This document shows, in pieces, positions 43,364 through 53,226 of a stretch of 64,000 bases of DNA. The first letter of the stretch is position 1; every line of letters starts with the position of its first letter. The position numbers and the translations under genes are program-made. The notes beneath the pieces were generated by a model. The model ran no database searches. It worked only from the letters and a program-made list of their open reading frames with translations, and had not been told where the DNA came from. Source of the stretch: an uncultured Candidatus Saccharibacteria bacterium (GTDB lineage: Bacteria; Patescibacteriota; Saccharimonadia; Saccharimonadales; Saccharimonadaceae); NCBI GenBank assembly GCA_964386855.1, contig CAYLUF010000001.1, positions 56,493 through 120,492 of the forward strand, written 5' to 3'.

Positions 43364-45103
43364 ATGAGACCTGATCTAGTAAAGGGGAGTCGTTCGCAGA
43401 TCTTAGCGCGAATTGTGCTTATCGCCGCAATCCTGTTTGCGGCTCGTTTATTTTATCTTCAGATAATTCGCCATGATTATTATGTTGCGCAGGCGCAGCA
43501 GGAGCAGGTGAAGCGTGAACGGCTGCCGGCTTCACGTGGCGAAATCTACGCTATGAATGGCGATTCTCCGGTGAAACTAGCAATGAATGAGACTGTCTAC
43601 ACGGTGTTTGTTGACCCTGTTGCTATTAAGGATGCAGATAAGGTTATTTCTGCAATGAAAGATATTGCTGGCGGAAATGTCCGCGATGGCTTTGAAGAGC
43701 TTGTGAAGAAAGAGAAGTCACGCTACCAGGTAATTGCTCACCGCGTGACGCGTGCGCAGGCAGATAAGATAAAGGATCGAAAGCTCTACGGCGTTGGATT
43801 CCAGGCGGTGTCGCAGCGCGTCTATCCAGAGGGGCGGCTTGCTTCTCAGGTGCTTGGGTTTGTAAACGTTGAGGGTACGGGAAATTATGGTGTTGAGGGG
43901 TATCTGAACAAGCGACTTGCCGGTGTTGATGGCCGACTTGAAACGGTAACAGACGTCAGTGACGTTCCGCTTACTATAGGCGGGCGAAATATTCGCGAAG
44001 CCGCTAAAGATGGGGATAATATTGTCCTTTCTATTGACCGAAGTGTGCAGGGGAAGGTAGAAGATGTTATTGAATCGCACGCCAAGAAGCTCAAGACAGA
44101 TCAATTTAGCGTAGTAGTAATGAACCCGAACGACGGTAAGGTCATGGCAATGGCGAACTACCCGGATTATGATCCGGCACGGTATTACAGTGTGACGGAC
44201 GGCTCGGTCTTTAGTAACTCGGCAATTGCAACAACCTATGAGCCGGGCTCAACTATTAAGGCGTTTACTATGGCAACTGCGATAGATAAGAACGTGGCAC
44301 GCGCCTCCGATACTTTCTATAACACTGACCTTATCCAGGTGGGTGATGCGAAGATTTCAAACGCCAGCAAGGGGCGTACCGGGACGATTACCTTCCAGAC
44401 AGCTATGGACTGGTCACTCAATACCGGTTTTGTCACGCTAGGGCAGCGGCTTGGAAATGGACGAAATATTACACTTCAGGCCCGTGAGACGATTCACGAG
44501 TACTTCCATGACCGTTTCCGCCTAGGAAAGGCAACGGGAGTTGAGCTGGCTGCAGAGGCGGGTGGGACGATCCCGGCGCCAAATACATCAGATGGTGCAG
44601 AAGTGCGCTACGCGAACATGACCTTTGGTCAGGGCATGACAGCAACGGCACTGCAAGTTGCGGCTGGGTTCTGCGCAGTGGTGAATGGCGGTGATTACTA
44701 CACGCCTACTGTAGTGAACGGTGTGGTTGAAGGCGGCGTATATAAGCCTAACAAGGCGCCAACGCCAGAGCAGGCGAATGTTGTGAGTGAAAGTACCTCA
44801 GCGCAGATTCGTGAGACAACACAAAAAGCCCGCGCCTCAGTATTTAGCCGTTTTGATAAGCCAGGGTATGTTATTGGTGGTAAAACAGGGACGTCACAGG
44901 TGGCAAAGGCCGGTGGGTATAGCGACTCTGAGACGATTGCAAGTTATGTTGGCTTTGGTGGTGCAGAAAAGCCCGAGTATGTCATAATGGTATCAATGTA
45001 TGGCGAAGGCAAGGTCTTGCAAGGCGCACAACATGCTGTTCCAGTATTTACAGAGATTTCCAACTGGATGCTCGATTACCTAAAGATTCAGCCGAAAGGA
45101 TAA
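43364..45103 (+). CDS. ftsI: Class B penicillin-binding protein (FtsI/PBP2 transpeptidase)
   Basis: 579 aa with an N-terminal TM and a PBP dimerisation domain. Active-site STIK (YEPGSTIKAFT) and KTGT (GGKTGTSQ). Confidence 0.9.
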   Translation: MRPDLVKGSRSQILARIVLIAAILFAARLFYLQIIRHDYYVAQAQQEQVKRERLPASRGEIYAMNGDSPVKLAMNETVYTVFVDPVAIKDADKVISAMKDIAGGNVRDGFEELVKKEKSRYQVIAHRVTRAQADKIKDRKLYGVGFQAVSQRVYPEGRLASQVLGFVNVEGTGNYGVEGYLNKRLAGVDGRLETVTDVSDVPLTIGGRNIREAAKDGDNIVLSIDRSVQGKVEDVIESHAKKLKTDQFSVVVMNPNDGKVMAMANYPDYDPARYYSVTDGSVFSNSAIATTYEPGSTIKAFTMATAIDKNVARASDTFYNTDLIQVGDAKISNASKGRTGTITFQTAMDWSLNTGFVTLGQRLGNGRNITLQARETIHEYFHDRFRLGKATGVELAAEAGGTIPAPNTSDGAEVRYANMTFGQGMTATALQVAAGFCAVVNGGDYYTPTVVNGVVEGGVYKPNKAPTPEQANVVSESTSAQIRETTQKARASVFSRFDKPGYVIGGKTGTSQVAKAGGYSDSETIASYVGFGGAEKPEYVIMVSMYGEGKVLQGAQHAVPVFTEISNWMLDYLKIQPKG

Positions 45104-45110
45104 AACAAAT

Positions 45111-46148
45111 ATGACCATGATAACCGCAGCTTTGAATGATGTGATGTTCCGTACAGTAGTACTGAGCGTGACAGCGTTTGGTATTGCGATGATACTGACG
45201 CCTCTTTACACCTTCATAGCGTACCGCTATAAGTTTTGGAAGCGGCAACGCACAGAGAGTACCACGGGTGAGATTCTGAAAGTATTCACGAAGCTCCACG
45301 CCAATAAATTCAAGCGTAATATCCCTACGATGGCCGGTATGGTCTTTGTGTTGGCGATTGTGATTGTGACATTCTTCTTGAACCTTGATAGGAAGGAAAC
45401 CTGGCTTCCACTGGCGGCGCTTGCTGGTGGTGCATTGGTGGGGCTGATTGACGATATTATCAATATTCGCGGTGGCGGTAAGGGTGTGGCAGGACTTCGC
45501 TCGCAGCTGAAGTTCTTGATGATTGCCGGTATTGGGGCGATTCTTGGCTGGTACTTCTTTAGCAAGCTTGGCGTGAGTGCAGTGCATGTGCCGTTCTTTG
45601 GAAATCTTGAGCTCGGCTGGTTTATTGTGCCACTCTTCGCCTTTGTGGTGGTAGCAACCGGAAACGCTGTGAATATTAGCGACGGTCTTGATGGGCTTGC
45701 TGGCGGGCTTTCTGCGATTGCCTTTGGTGCCTTCGGTATTATTGCCTTGATGCAGGGGAATGGGCTCCTGGCGGCCTTCTGTTTCACCGTAGTGGGCGCG
45801 CTCTTGAGTTATCTCTGGTTTAATATTTATCCGGCCCGGTTCTTTATGGGTGATGTGGGAAGTTTTGCGCTAGGGACGTCGCTGGGTGTCGTGGCGATGC
45901 TGACGAACTCGCTCTTTATTCTGCCTATCATTGGCCTTGTGTTTGTGATTGAAGCGGGCTCAAGCCTCATTCAGATTGCAAGTAAGAAAATCTTCAAGCG
46001 TAAAATCTTTATCTCAGCACCAATCCACCATCACCTAGAGGCAAAGGGCTGGCCTGAGACGAAGGTGACAATGCGCTTCTGGGTTATTGCAGCGGTCACT
46101 GGGTTTATTGGCGTGATGATTGCTATTGCAGGAGGCGTCACGGTCTAA
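45111..46148 (+). CDS. mraY: Phospho-N-acetylmuramoyl-pentapeptide transferase
   Basis: 345 aa, polytopic. NAVNISDGLDGLAGG and HHHLE motifs. Confidence 0.93.
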   Translation: MTMITAALNDVMFRTVVLSVTAFGIAMILTPLYTFIAYRYKFWKRQRTESTTGEILKVFTKLHANKFKRNIPTMAGMVFVLAIVIVTFFLNLDRKETWLPLAALAGGALVGLIDDIINIRGGGKGVAGLRSQLKFLMIAGIGAILGWYFFSKLGVSAVHVPFFGNLELGWFIVPLFAFVVVATGNAVNISDGLDGLAGGLSAIAFGAFGIIALMQGNGLLAAFCFTVVGALLSYLWFNIYPARFFMGDVGSFALGTSLGVVAMLTNSLFILPIIGLVFVIEAGSSLIQIASKKIFKRKIFISAPIHHHLEAKGWPETKVTMRFWVIAAVTGFIGVMIAIAGGVTV

Positions 46149-47428
46149 TGGAACGAGGCGGGTGGACGCGAAGGCGCCGCTCAGCACCGGAAGGGGTTGT
46201 GCGCGTACATAGGCCGGACAAGCTCATTCTTGTGATGACCTTTGTGTTGATGCTTGTGGGGCTGCTGATGATTTATGCCATTGGTCCGCAGCGTGCAAAC
46301 CTTATGAACTCGGTCTTTGGATACGAGTATTCTGACCAGTATTTCTTCTTTAAGCAGGCGGCAAGTTTTGGCTTGGCGCTGATTGCTTTTTTCGCGGCAT
46401 ATAAGATTCCGTATGAATTTATTCTTAAACATGGAACGAAGATGCTATGGATTGGTTTCGCGGCCTGTATTGGGTTGGCGCTTGCCTCTATGGTGGGGAT
46501 TGTAGAGGGGACGTACGGTGCAGTGCGCTGGATTAATCTGGGGCCGTTGGGAAGCATCCAGCCATCGGAAATTCTTAAATTCGGGTTACTTCTGTATATG
46601 GCGGTATTTTTAGGAATGCGCATGAAGGAAAAGGCAGTGAACGATATCCATAAGACGCTGATACCTCTGGGGATTGTCGTGGGGTTGGCGCTGTTTTTGG
46701 TGGTGGTGGTTCAAAAGGACCTTGGTACGGGGATATCCCTGGCTGCGGTAGCGGGCGCAATGCTCTTTATGGCAGGGCTCAGCAAGAAGTTCTTAAGTAT
46801 TCTTGGGATTACAACGCTGGTACTGGGGCTTGCTCTTATCTTTACTGCGCCACACCGTGTAGAGCGCGTCATGACGTTCCTGCAAGGAGATAATACATCC
46901 GTTTCCGATGCGGACGCGTACCATATTCAACATGCAAAGATTGCGATTGGCTCTGGCGGTCTCTTTGGCGTAGGGATTGGCGGAAGTGTACAGGCGTCTG
47001 GGTATCTTCCGGAGGCAATTAACGACTCTATCTTTGCGATTATTGGCGAGACTTTTGGGTTTATAGGCACGATGGCGCTTGTGGCGCTCTTTGTGACGCT
47101 TTTGATGCGGCTTCTCAATACTATGGACCACTTGATTGATCCGCGGCTACGGCTGCTTGTGGCGGGTGTCTTTGGGTGGCTGGCGGCGCATGTTATCCTG
47201 AATATAGCCGCAATGATTGGCATCTTCCCGCTCACTGGTATTACACTGCCACTGCTGAGCTACGGGGGGACGAGTATGATATTTATTACCGCTGCACTTG
47301 GGCTGGCATTCCAACTTTCCCGATACACCGTGCACACATCACAATTAAAGGAGACACCAGGCAATGAAGATTCTCGCAGTAGGCGGGGGGTCGGGCGGAC
47401 ACGTCACACCAGCCGTCGCAGTTCTTAA
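46148..47428 (+). CDS. ftsW: SEDS family peptidoglycan polymerase FtsW
   Basis: 426 aa with about 10 TM (PSEILKF, QKDLGTG, GGTSM motifs). The 3' end overlaps murG by 65 nt. Confidence 0.88.
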   Translation: MERGGWTRRRRSAPEGVVRVHRPDKLILVMTFVLMLVGLLMIYAIGPQRANLMNSVFGYEYSDQYFFFKQAASFGLALIAFFAAYKIPYEFILKHGTKMLWIGFAACIGLALASMVGIVEGTYGAVRWINLGPLGSIQPSEILKFGLLLYMAVFLGMRMKEKAVNDIHKTLIPLGIVVGLALFLVVVVQKDLGTGISLAAVAGAMLFMAGLSKKFLSILGITTLVLGLALIFTAPHRVERVMTFLQGDNTSVSDADAYHIQHAKIAIGSGGLFGVGIGGSVQASGYLPEAINDSIFAIIGETFGFIGTMALVALFVTLLMRLLNTMDHLIDPRLRLLVAGVFGWLAAHVILNIAAMIGIFPLTGITLPLLSYGGTSMIFITAALGLAFQLSRYTVHTSQLKETPGNEDSRSRRGVGRTRHTSRRSS

Positions 47429-48512
47429 AGAAATCAAAAATCGCCAGCCAGATGCCGAGGTTCGTTTTTGGTGCGATACGAAGTTTGAGGCGCAGACGAA
47501 GAAAATCGTTGGTGCGTTTGACGGCTCTATTAAAATAGACACCATTGCCTCAGGGAAGCTTCGTCGCTACCATCACCTGACGCTTCTGCAGCATATTCTA
47601 TGGCCGTCATTGATGTGGCAGAATCTTATAGATGGATTTAAGTTTGTGGGCGGCATCTTCCAGAGTATCTTCAAGCTTCTTTTTTGGCGACCAGATGTGA
47701 TTTTTACGAAGGGCGGCTTTGTGTGTCTTCCTGTGGGAATAGCGGCGCACGTTTTGCGGATTCCACTGGTGATTCATGACTCTGATGCGCATCCAGGATT
47801 GACGAACCGTGTCCTTGCGCGCTGGGCGTCGGCGATTGGGACGGGCGCACCGCTTGAGTACTATAATTATCCAAAGAGTATTAGTAAGTACGTAGGAGTG
47901 CCGGTGAGCGATGAGTTTAGGGTGCGAAGTGCTGCTGAAAAGAAGGCGTTAAAGAAGGAGCTGGGGCTTGATTCATCTGCGCCAGTGACGGTGATCACTG
48001 GTGGGGGATTGGGGTCGACGCGACTCAATAACCTTGTTGCAGAAGTGTTGAAGGATTTACAACAGTTTACCTCTGTGGTGTTGGTTTCAGGGCAGGGGCA
48101 GTATGACGAGCTGCGAGAGACGCTTCCGGATAATTCAGAAACTTTTCAACTTCATGCGTTTGTGAGTACGATGCCGCAACTTCTCAGCTCCGCTGATGTG
48201 GTGGTGGCGCGCGCCGGCGCAACAACAATCCTAGAATTGGCTGCGGTGCAGGCACCAACAATTCTTGTTCCAAACGAGGCGCTCACCGGTGGGCACCAGA
48301 TTAAGAACGCTGCGGTATATGGTGAAGCGCAGGCGGCGATTGTATTAGACGAAGAGGAGATTGTAACGTATCCAGAGCGTTTCGTGGAATCTGTGAAGGC
48401 GTATCTTGATGATCAGAGGACGACTCAGTCTATGACTGAACGCTTTGGGCAGTTTGCGAAACCTAGGGCAGCTGCTGAGATGGCGGAGATGGTCTTAGGG
48501 GTAGTGGGGTAG
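47364..48512 (+). CDS. murG: UDP-GlcNAc--lipid I N-acetylglucosaminyltransferase MurG
   Basis: 382 aa. GGGSGGHVTPAVAV and ARAGATTILELA motifs. SD AAGGAG lies 10 nt upstream. Confidence 0.92.
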   Translation: MKILAVGGGSGGHVTPAVAVLKEIKNRQPDAEVRFWCDTKFEAQTKKIVGAFDGSIKIDTIASGKLRRYHHLTLLQHILWPSLMWQNLIDGFKFVGGIFQSIFKLLFWRPDVIFTKGGFVCLPVGIAAHVLRIPLVIHDSDAHPGLTNRVLARWASAIGTGAPLEYYNYPKSISKYVGVPVSDEFRVRSAAEKKALKKELGLDSSAPVTVITGGGLGSTRLNNLVAEVLKDLQQFTSVVLVSGQGQYDELRETLPDNSETFQLHAFVSTMPQLLSSADVVVARAGATTILELAAVQAPTILVPNEALTGGHQIKNAAVYGEAQAAIVLDEEEIVTYPERFVESVKAYLDDQRTTQSMTERFGQFAKPRAAAEMAEMVLGVVG

Positions 48513-48660
48513 GGTACTCGGGGCCCGTTCCTCACCTTCGCCCTTTTTCTCTACGGCTTCGCACCGGGAATTTACTGGGCGTTTAGCGCCAGGTAAGGTT
48601 CTCGGGCTGCAGAATCGTTCAAAAGGCCAAAGACGAGGGGTAAACACCTAGTTCCGCTTA

Positions 48661-48669
48661 TGCTATACT
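48661..48669 (+). promoter_or_regulatory. Extended -10 (TGcTATACT) for the pilin-like gene
   Basis: TATACT at 48664-48669 lies 9 nt before the ATG at 48679. Confidence 0.55.
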
Positions 48670-48678
48670 TAAGTCACT

Positions 48679-49764
48679 ATGATGTGTACGTCAACTTTAC
48701 CTAGAGTGAGTAGAAGTACGGGCTTTACAATCGCAGAGCTCCTTGTTGTCGTGGTCGTTATTGCTATTCTCGCCGCTATCACTATTACTGCCTATAGAGG
48801 AATCACTAGTCAGTCTCAAGATTCTTCTGTCAAGTCAGACCTCGCCACCGGTGCTAAGCAGCTTCACCTCGCTCAAGTAGAGACGGGCTCCTTTCCAAGC
48901 GACTCCGCAAAGCCGGACTACCTTGGCGACAATCTCACATACACCGGTGGTGGTAATGAGTTCTGTCTCGCTGCAACGAGTGGTACTAGTACTTTCCATG
49001 TCACTCAGGTCGGCTCTGTAGAGAAGGGTGTGTGTCCATTCACTCCAGGCGGTCACATTCAAATCGCTAATAATTCTAATTGCCCAGCCGCTCGCACCCT
49101 CGCCACTGACGCCCGTGACACCCACACATACTGGATTAAAAAGATGCCAGACGGCAACTGCTGGATGCTCACTAACTTAGCTTACGCAGGCGGCGGCACT
49201 AATGCCTATGGCGATGTAAAGACAATAGAACTCACGGGCGGGCTTACCTATACCGACCCAAGGTACTATACGCACTCAGCCGCCAGCCCTACTACATATC
49301 CCAGTGAACCTAGTACCGACACCGTCGGCGGCGGCTTCGGGCCTGGTCGCCAGTATGGCTACCACTATAATTGGTGTGCTGCTATGGGTAACCAGCAGGG
49401 TACGGCCGCTTGTCTAAATGCCATAACTCCAGAGGCGAATATGGGGGTGTCTGTATGCCCAGCCGGCTGGCGGCTGCCCACGAGCAAAGCTGCAACTGGT
49501 GAGTTTCAGCTCCTTGCCAGCAGTATAGCCGCGACTAATAATTCTGTCGGTTCCACTAACCTCCGTGTTTCATGGCTTGCTCAGCAGAGCGGCAGCTGGT
49601 ATAACACCTTTTACAGTCAGGGTGATCTTGGCTATTACTGGTCAGCTACGCAGAGTTCGGCCACCAATGCCCACTATTTTGTATTTAGCGGCTCTGGTGT
49701 CTATTCGTTAGATGGCGGCAATAAATATTATGGAGCCTCTGTCCGCTGCGTGGCTAGTATATAG
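48679..49764 (+). CDS. Type IV pilin-like protein fused to a FISUMP (Fibrobacter succinogenes major paralogous) domain
   Basis: Class III signal RSTG/FTIAELLVVVVVIAILAAI (Phe+1, Glu+5). The C-terminal half follows the FISUMP pattern: DARDTHTYWIKKMPDGNCWMLTNLAY, YGYHYNW, CPAGWRLPT, GYYWSAT, GASVRCV. Confidence 0.75.
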   Translation: MMCTSTLPRVSRSTGFTIAELLVVVVVIAILAAITITAYRGITSQSQDSSVKSDLATGAKQLHLAQVETGSFPSDSAKPDYLGDNLTYTGGGNEFCLAATSGTSTFHVTQVGSVEKGVCPFTPGGHIQIANNSNCPAARTLATDARDTHTYWIKKMPDGNCWMLTNLAYAGGGTNAYGDVKTIELTGGLTYTDPRYYTHSAASPTTYPSEPSTDTVGGGFGPGRQYGYHYNWCAAMGNQQGTAACLNAITPEANMGVSVCPAGWRLPTSKAATGEFQLLASSIAATNNSVGSTNLRVSWLAQQSGSWYNTFYSQGDLGYYWSATQSSATNAHYFVFSGSGVYSLDGGNKYYGASVRCVASI

Positions 49765-49773
49765 AGTTTGCAG

Positions 49774-49782
49774 TGCTATACT
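49774..49782 (+). promoter_or_regulatory. Extended -10 (TGcTATACT) for ftsQ
   Basis: TATACT at 49777-49782 lies 11 nt before the ATG at 49794. Confidence 0.5.
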
Positions 49783-49793
49783 AGACATAAGTA

Positions 49794-50750
49794 ATGTTCA
49801 AGAAAAAACAAAAAACTAACACACCCACACCTCGGCGGCGCCTCCCTGAGTATTCTATTGACGACGGTTCTCGGCGCTCTTCTGGTGCATCTACACGTCA
49901 AGACTCTTCTACTGAGAGTCCAGAGCGCCACTATCGCCGCAACCAGACAGTAAGCGCCCATAAGCGCACCGAAATGAGTGAGTCTGAACGCCAGAAGTCG
50001 CATAGTCTTGTACTCCAAAGACGGCGGCTCAGTATGGTATTTCTTGTGGCGGCGAGTGTCGCAGTACTTCTCCTAATTGGTCTCTGGCAGTTTATTTCAC
50101 ACCCTGTGGTTGTGTTTAACGACACTGAGATCACCCAGTCTATAAAGAAAGATACGTATGAAGACACCATCGCTGAGTATGTAGGGCGAAACCCATCGCA
50201 GCGTTTCCGTGCAACCATCAACCAAGAGGCGCTTACGGCTTATATGGTTGCCGCGCACAGCGAGATTGCGAATGTGACACTCTCTGGTGGCTTCTCTCTT
50301 CCAACAGAGGTGGGGTTTACTGTTGAGTTCCGTAAGCCCGTCGCCAGCTGGCAAATCAGAGGTTCGCAGTATTTTGTTGATAAAGACGGTATGGTTTTTA
50401 CGAATAACTACTTTAGCTCCCCGGGGGTCAAGGTGATTGACGAGAGCGGAATTGCACCAGAACAGGGGAGTGCAGTGGCAGGCTCACGCCTTCTAGGGTT
50501 CCTAGGTAAGGTAGTGGACCAGGCGAAGGGGAGGGGATACACCGTTTCTGAGGCGCTTCTGCCGGCCGATACAACTCGCCGCGTTGATGTGAAGCTTGAG
50601 GGAGGGGAGACCCGTATTCGATTCACTACTGACAGGGGAGTAGGGGTGCAAGTTGAAGATATGGATCAGGCGCTGAAGTTTTTTGCTGCACGTGGAAATA
50701 CGCCGCAGTATATTGATGTACGTGTTGCAGGCCGCGCGGCGTATAGATAG
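49794..50750 (+). CDS. ftsQ: Cell division protein FtsQ/DivIB-like
   Basis: 318 aa. Basic disordered N-terminus, one TM (MVFLVAASVAVLLLIGLW), then a POTRA-like and a beta domain. Its position in the dcw cluster fits. Confidence 0.65.
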   Translation: MFKKKQKTNTPTPRRRLPEYSIDDGSRRSSGASTRQDSSTESPERHYRRNQTVSAHKRTEMSESERQKSHSLVLQRRRLSMVFLVAASVAVLLLIGLWQFISHPVVVFNDTEITQSIKKDTYEDTIAEYVGRNPSQRFRATINQEALTAYMVAAHSEIANVTLSGGFSLPTEVGFTVEFRKPVASWQIRGSQYFVDKDGMVFTNNYFSSPGVKVIDESGIAPEQGSAVAGSRLLGFLGKVVDQAKGRGYTVSEALLPADTTRRVDVKLEGGETRIRFTTDRGVGVQVEDMDQALKFFAARGNTPQYIDVRVAGRAAYR

Positions 50751-51709
50751 TTAAGGCTATGTAATAACTGGCTGGCACTGGGATATGCTGGGTGCTGGTA
50801 GGAAAAGTCATACCCTCTTCCCCTTTTTATTTTCATGCGCGTGTTCTATTTTTGTTCTTTTTATGGTTTGATGCGAAATGATAAAAAACTATATTAAAAT
50901 ATCAAAAATGCAAAAAGTCAAAAAAGCGAGTGGTGGGAGGGAGTAGTGCAATCTTTTTGAAAAAATGCAAATATCGCTGCAGGGCCTGGATTTATGTGGA
51001 AAACTATATGGCGAGCTCGTTGTAGGATCTACATACGTGTAAGTATGTGATGGATGACTGTAGGGTCACAGTATGCGACGCATATAAGTGTACAATAAGT
51101 AAAAAACTATACATAGTACAGGTGCGAAGAGTGTGTATACCCCTCTTCCTGGTAGAAGTCTGTATTTATATAGATATATAGATGAGTCTATATACGTCGT
51201 AGTTTGTATATATACATAACGTAAAAGAATTATTGTGCGACGTTAAGTCTATATCTTGGTTGTGAGTGTGCATGCGTTGCGTTTACGCTCTGCTGACTGG
51301 GTTTTTGATTTTTGGGATTTAATTTATGGACTTCTGCCCTATCTTTGTGTATCTTCGCTTTTTAGGTGCACGTATGTCTTTTTTCGTGTAATCCAAAAAC
51401 ATATTGTTTATGTATGTTTTTCGATTGTTGGCTTTTTGACCTATATACCCGGCGCACCTCTGATTACGACACCTCGCGGATCATCAAAATCTACAGGGGT
51501 CCATCAGGGGTGGATTTTGAGCCTATTTGAGCCCCAGTCGACCCCAAAATGCCCTAAAGCGCCAAATACTCAGTGTTCTACTTTTGTTCTTAAAAACAAA
51601 CACAGCCCTAAAACCTCTCCTTCTCCCCCACTAATTGTAAAAAAGCCTAAATTATTATATAATATACACCATAGGAAAAGTTCCTTGTTCTTTATTTTTA
51701 GGAGTGACT

Positions 51710-53068
51710 ATGTGGCGTGAGCCCGAAGTACATCATATAAACAATTTTGCGAGTTTGATGTCTGCGTATTACATGCAGATGCCATTCTTGGAAGAAATGC
51801 GTTTTCCGATCCCGGATGACGACCCTGCCCTTGCCCGGCTTTACAAATGGACAAATACCATCAATGAAGCCGTCCGAGGCGGCCTGGAAATGCGCGACCC
51901 AAATGCGCTCTATCCGTGGTATCGGGAGTTCATCCTAGGAGAAACCCGCAAGATTCACGATGCTGACGAATATGCGCTGATTCCAGAGATGATGAAGCAG
52001 GTGTCGATTATATCGGGTGGGTACGTATCCCAAGATAAGATACCGCCCGCCCTGCGTGAACTCTGGCAGACACTGCTCTCTCAGGTCATGACCCTCTTGG
52101 GTGACAAAAGAACCGTTCTAGTGGGAGTGCGCGATGGCGTCCCTGCCTGGAAGGGCGTGTCTGAGGTTCAAGACCGTGAGCTGACTGGGCGGATGATGAG
52201 CTCATTCATCGCGAGTTACGGGTTTATGGAATGCGTAGACCAGGCTTGTGTATGGATGGTTCCGGATCATCGTATATTCGATATACACTGCTATCGGAAG
52301 TACGAACGTGACCGAGAGTATATTGAGGTGACGCGCGGACTTCTGGAGGCGGCCTACTACGGCCAGCACTACGTGATTGACCCTGACGGCGTGTACGTAA
52401 AGTTCACGGATGCAGGCGATGTGACGGGTATGTACCTAAAGGTACGTGACCGCCGTGAGAGCGAGTTTTCAGAGATCCTTGTGAGGGCTGAGACGGCTCG
52501 GGGTGGCGCAGTCTTCTTTGTCCTTGATGAGGAGTCGCTGCTTGAACCGAGCCGTAAAATGGCGCGGTTCTGGGCGGGAAGTTATGTTGGTGCACTTGCT
52601 GCGCAGGTGTATCACGACCTCGTAACGGTTGCTGATGTGGCAGCGAATGGTGAACAGCAATCGTCCATTATCGTCCCAACGGGGAAGCATGGACGCGAGC
52701 CGCTTTCGCATGAGAATCGCTTTGTTTCATGGAGGGTTCTTCCGCGAAAGAAGGGCAAGTTTATGTATACTGCAAGAGGACGCGCGGCGGGCTCTACTGC
52801 CCGTGCTGCAAGCGAGCCGCACCGTGTCACAGGGCATCTGCGCAATGCGCCGCTCTCTGATACTCACCGCGAGGAGTTGAAACGTTTCGAAGCCACGACT
52901 GGCCTTGAGGTACTTCGGTTTATCCCTGAGGGGTATACCTTTGTGCGGCCGCATGTGTCGCCTCGTGCCTCAGCGGATGACGTACTGGCATTGCCGCGGT
53001 TTATCCGCTTCCGTATTCAACAGAGGCTGGAGGGTACGCTCACTGCACGCTCACCTGCCCTCTCCTAA
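51710..53068 (+). CDS. Hypothetical protein (orphan, GC-richer)
   Basis: About 452 aa from MWREPEV (SD AGGAG 6 nt upstream; the track start at 51704 is a GTG). No domain recognised. Arg-rich C-terminal segment HRVTGHLRN...GYTFVRPH. Confidence 0.6.
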   Translation: MWREPEVHHINNFASLMSAYYMQMPFLEEMRFPIPDDDPALARLYKWTNTINEAVRGGLEMRDPNALYPWYREFILGETRKIHDADEYALIPEMMKQVSIISGGYVSQDKIPPALRELWQTLLSQVMTLLGDKRTVLVGVRDGVPAWKGVSEVQDRELTGRMMSSFIASYGFMECVDQACVWMVPDHRIFDIHCYRKYERDREYIEVTRGLLEAAYYGQHYVIDPDGVYVKFTDAGDVTGMYLKVRDRRESEFSEILVRAETARGGAVFFVLDEESLLEPSRKMARFWAGSYVGALAAQVYHDLVTVADVAANGEQQSSIIVPTGKHGREPLSHENRFVSWRVLPRKKGKFMYTARGRAAGSTARAASEPHRVTGHLRNAPLSDTHREELKRFEATTGLEVLRFIPEGYTFVRPHVSPRASADDVLALPRFIRFRIQQRLEGTLTARSPALS

Positions 53069-53114
53069 ATAAAAAACGCCTCCATAAAAAGAGGATCGCT
53101 GACCAAGAATGGTT

Positions 53115-53148
53115 GCCCGCGCTGCAATATGCGCGGGCTTTTACTTTT
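53115..53148 (+). terminator. Intrinsic terminator of the 51710 gene
   Basis: Stem GCCCGCGC / GCGCGGGC with loop TGCAATAT, then TTTTACTTTT. Confidence 0.8.
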
Positions 53149-53160
53149 ACGGCAGTTTTT

Positions 53161-53210
53161 GGAAATAGAAAAGCCCCGCGGGAAAAGCACGAAGCTTCTC
53201 TACCGCGGGG
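53161..53210 (-). terminator. Intrinsic terminator of the minus-strand membrane-protein gene
   Basis: Stem CCCCGCGG (53174-81) / CCGCGGGG (53203-10). On the minus strand it is followed by CTTTTCTATTTCC. Confidence 0.65.
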
Positions 53211-53226
53211 CACGCGTAGTGGACGA

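Noticed and set aside
50795-50825. GGTAGGAAAAGTCATACCC resembling the RNase P RNA CR-I motif (GAGGAAAGUCC)
   Set aside because: The match is imperfect (an extra A, and CA instead of CC). None of the other conserved RNase P regions is visible nearby.
50751-51703. Chromosomal replication origin (AT-rich, DUE-like TA block)
   Set aside because: Only degenerate DnaA-box-like 9-mers are present (best is TGTGGAAAA at about 50994, others have 2 or more mismatches). No dnaA/dnaN context exists. This is kept only as an unexplained non-coding tract.
51256-51720. 154-aa plus-strand ORF in the AT-rich tract
   Set aside because: It uses a non-ATG start, has a low-complexity Phe/Cys/Ser-rich translation and no SD or promoter, and it runs into the SD and start of the 51710 gene. 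It was treated as non-coding.
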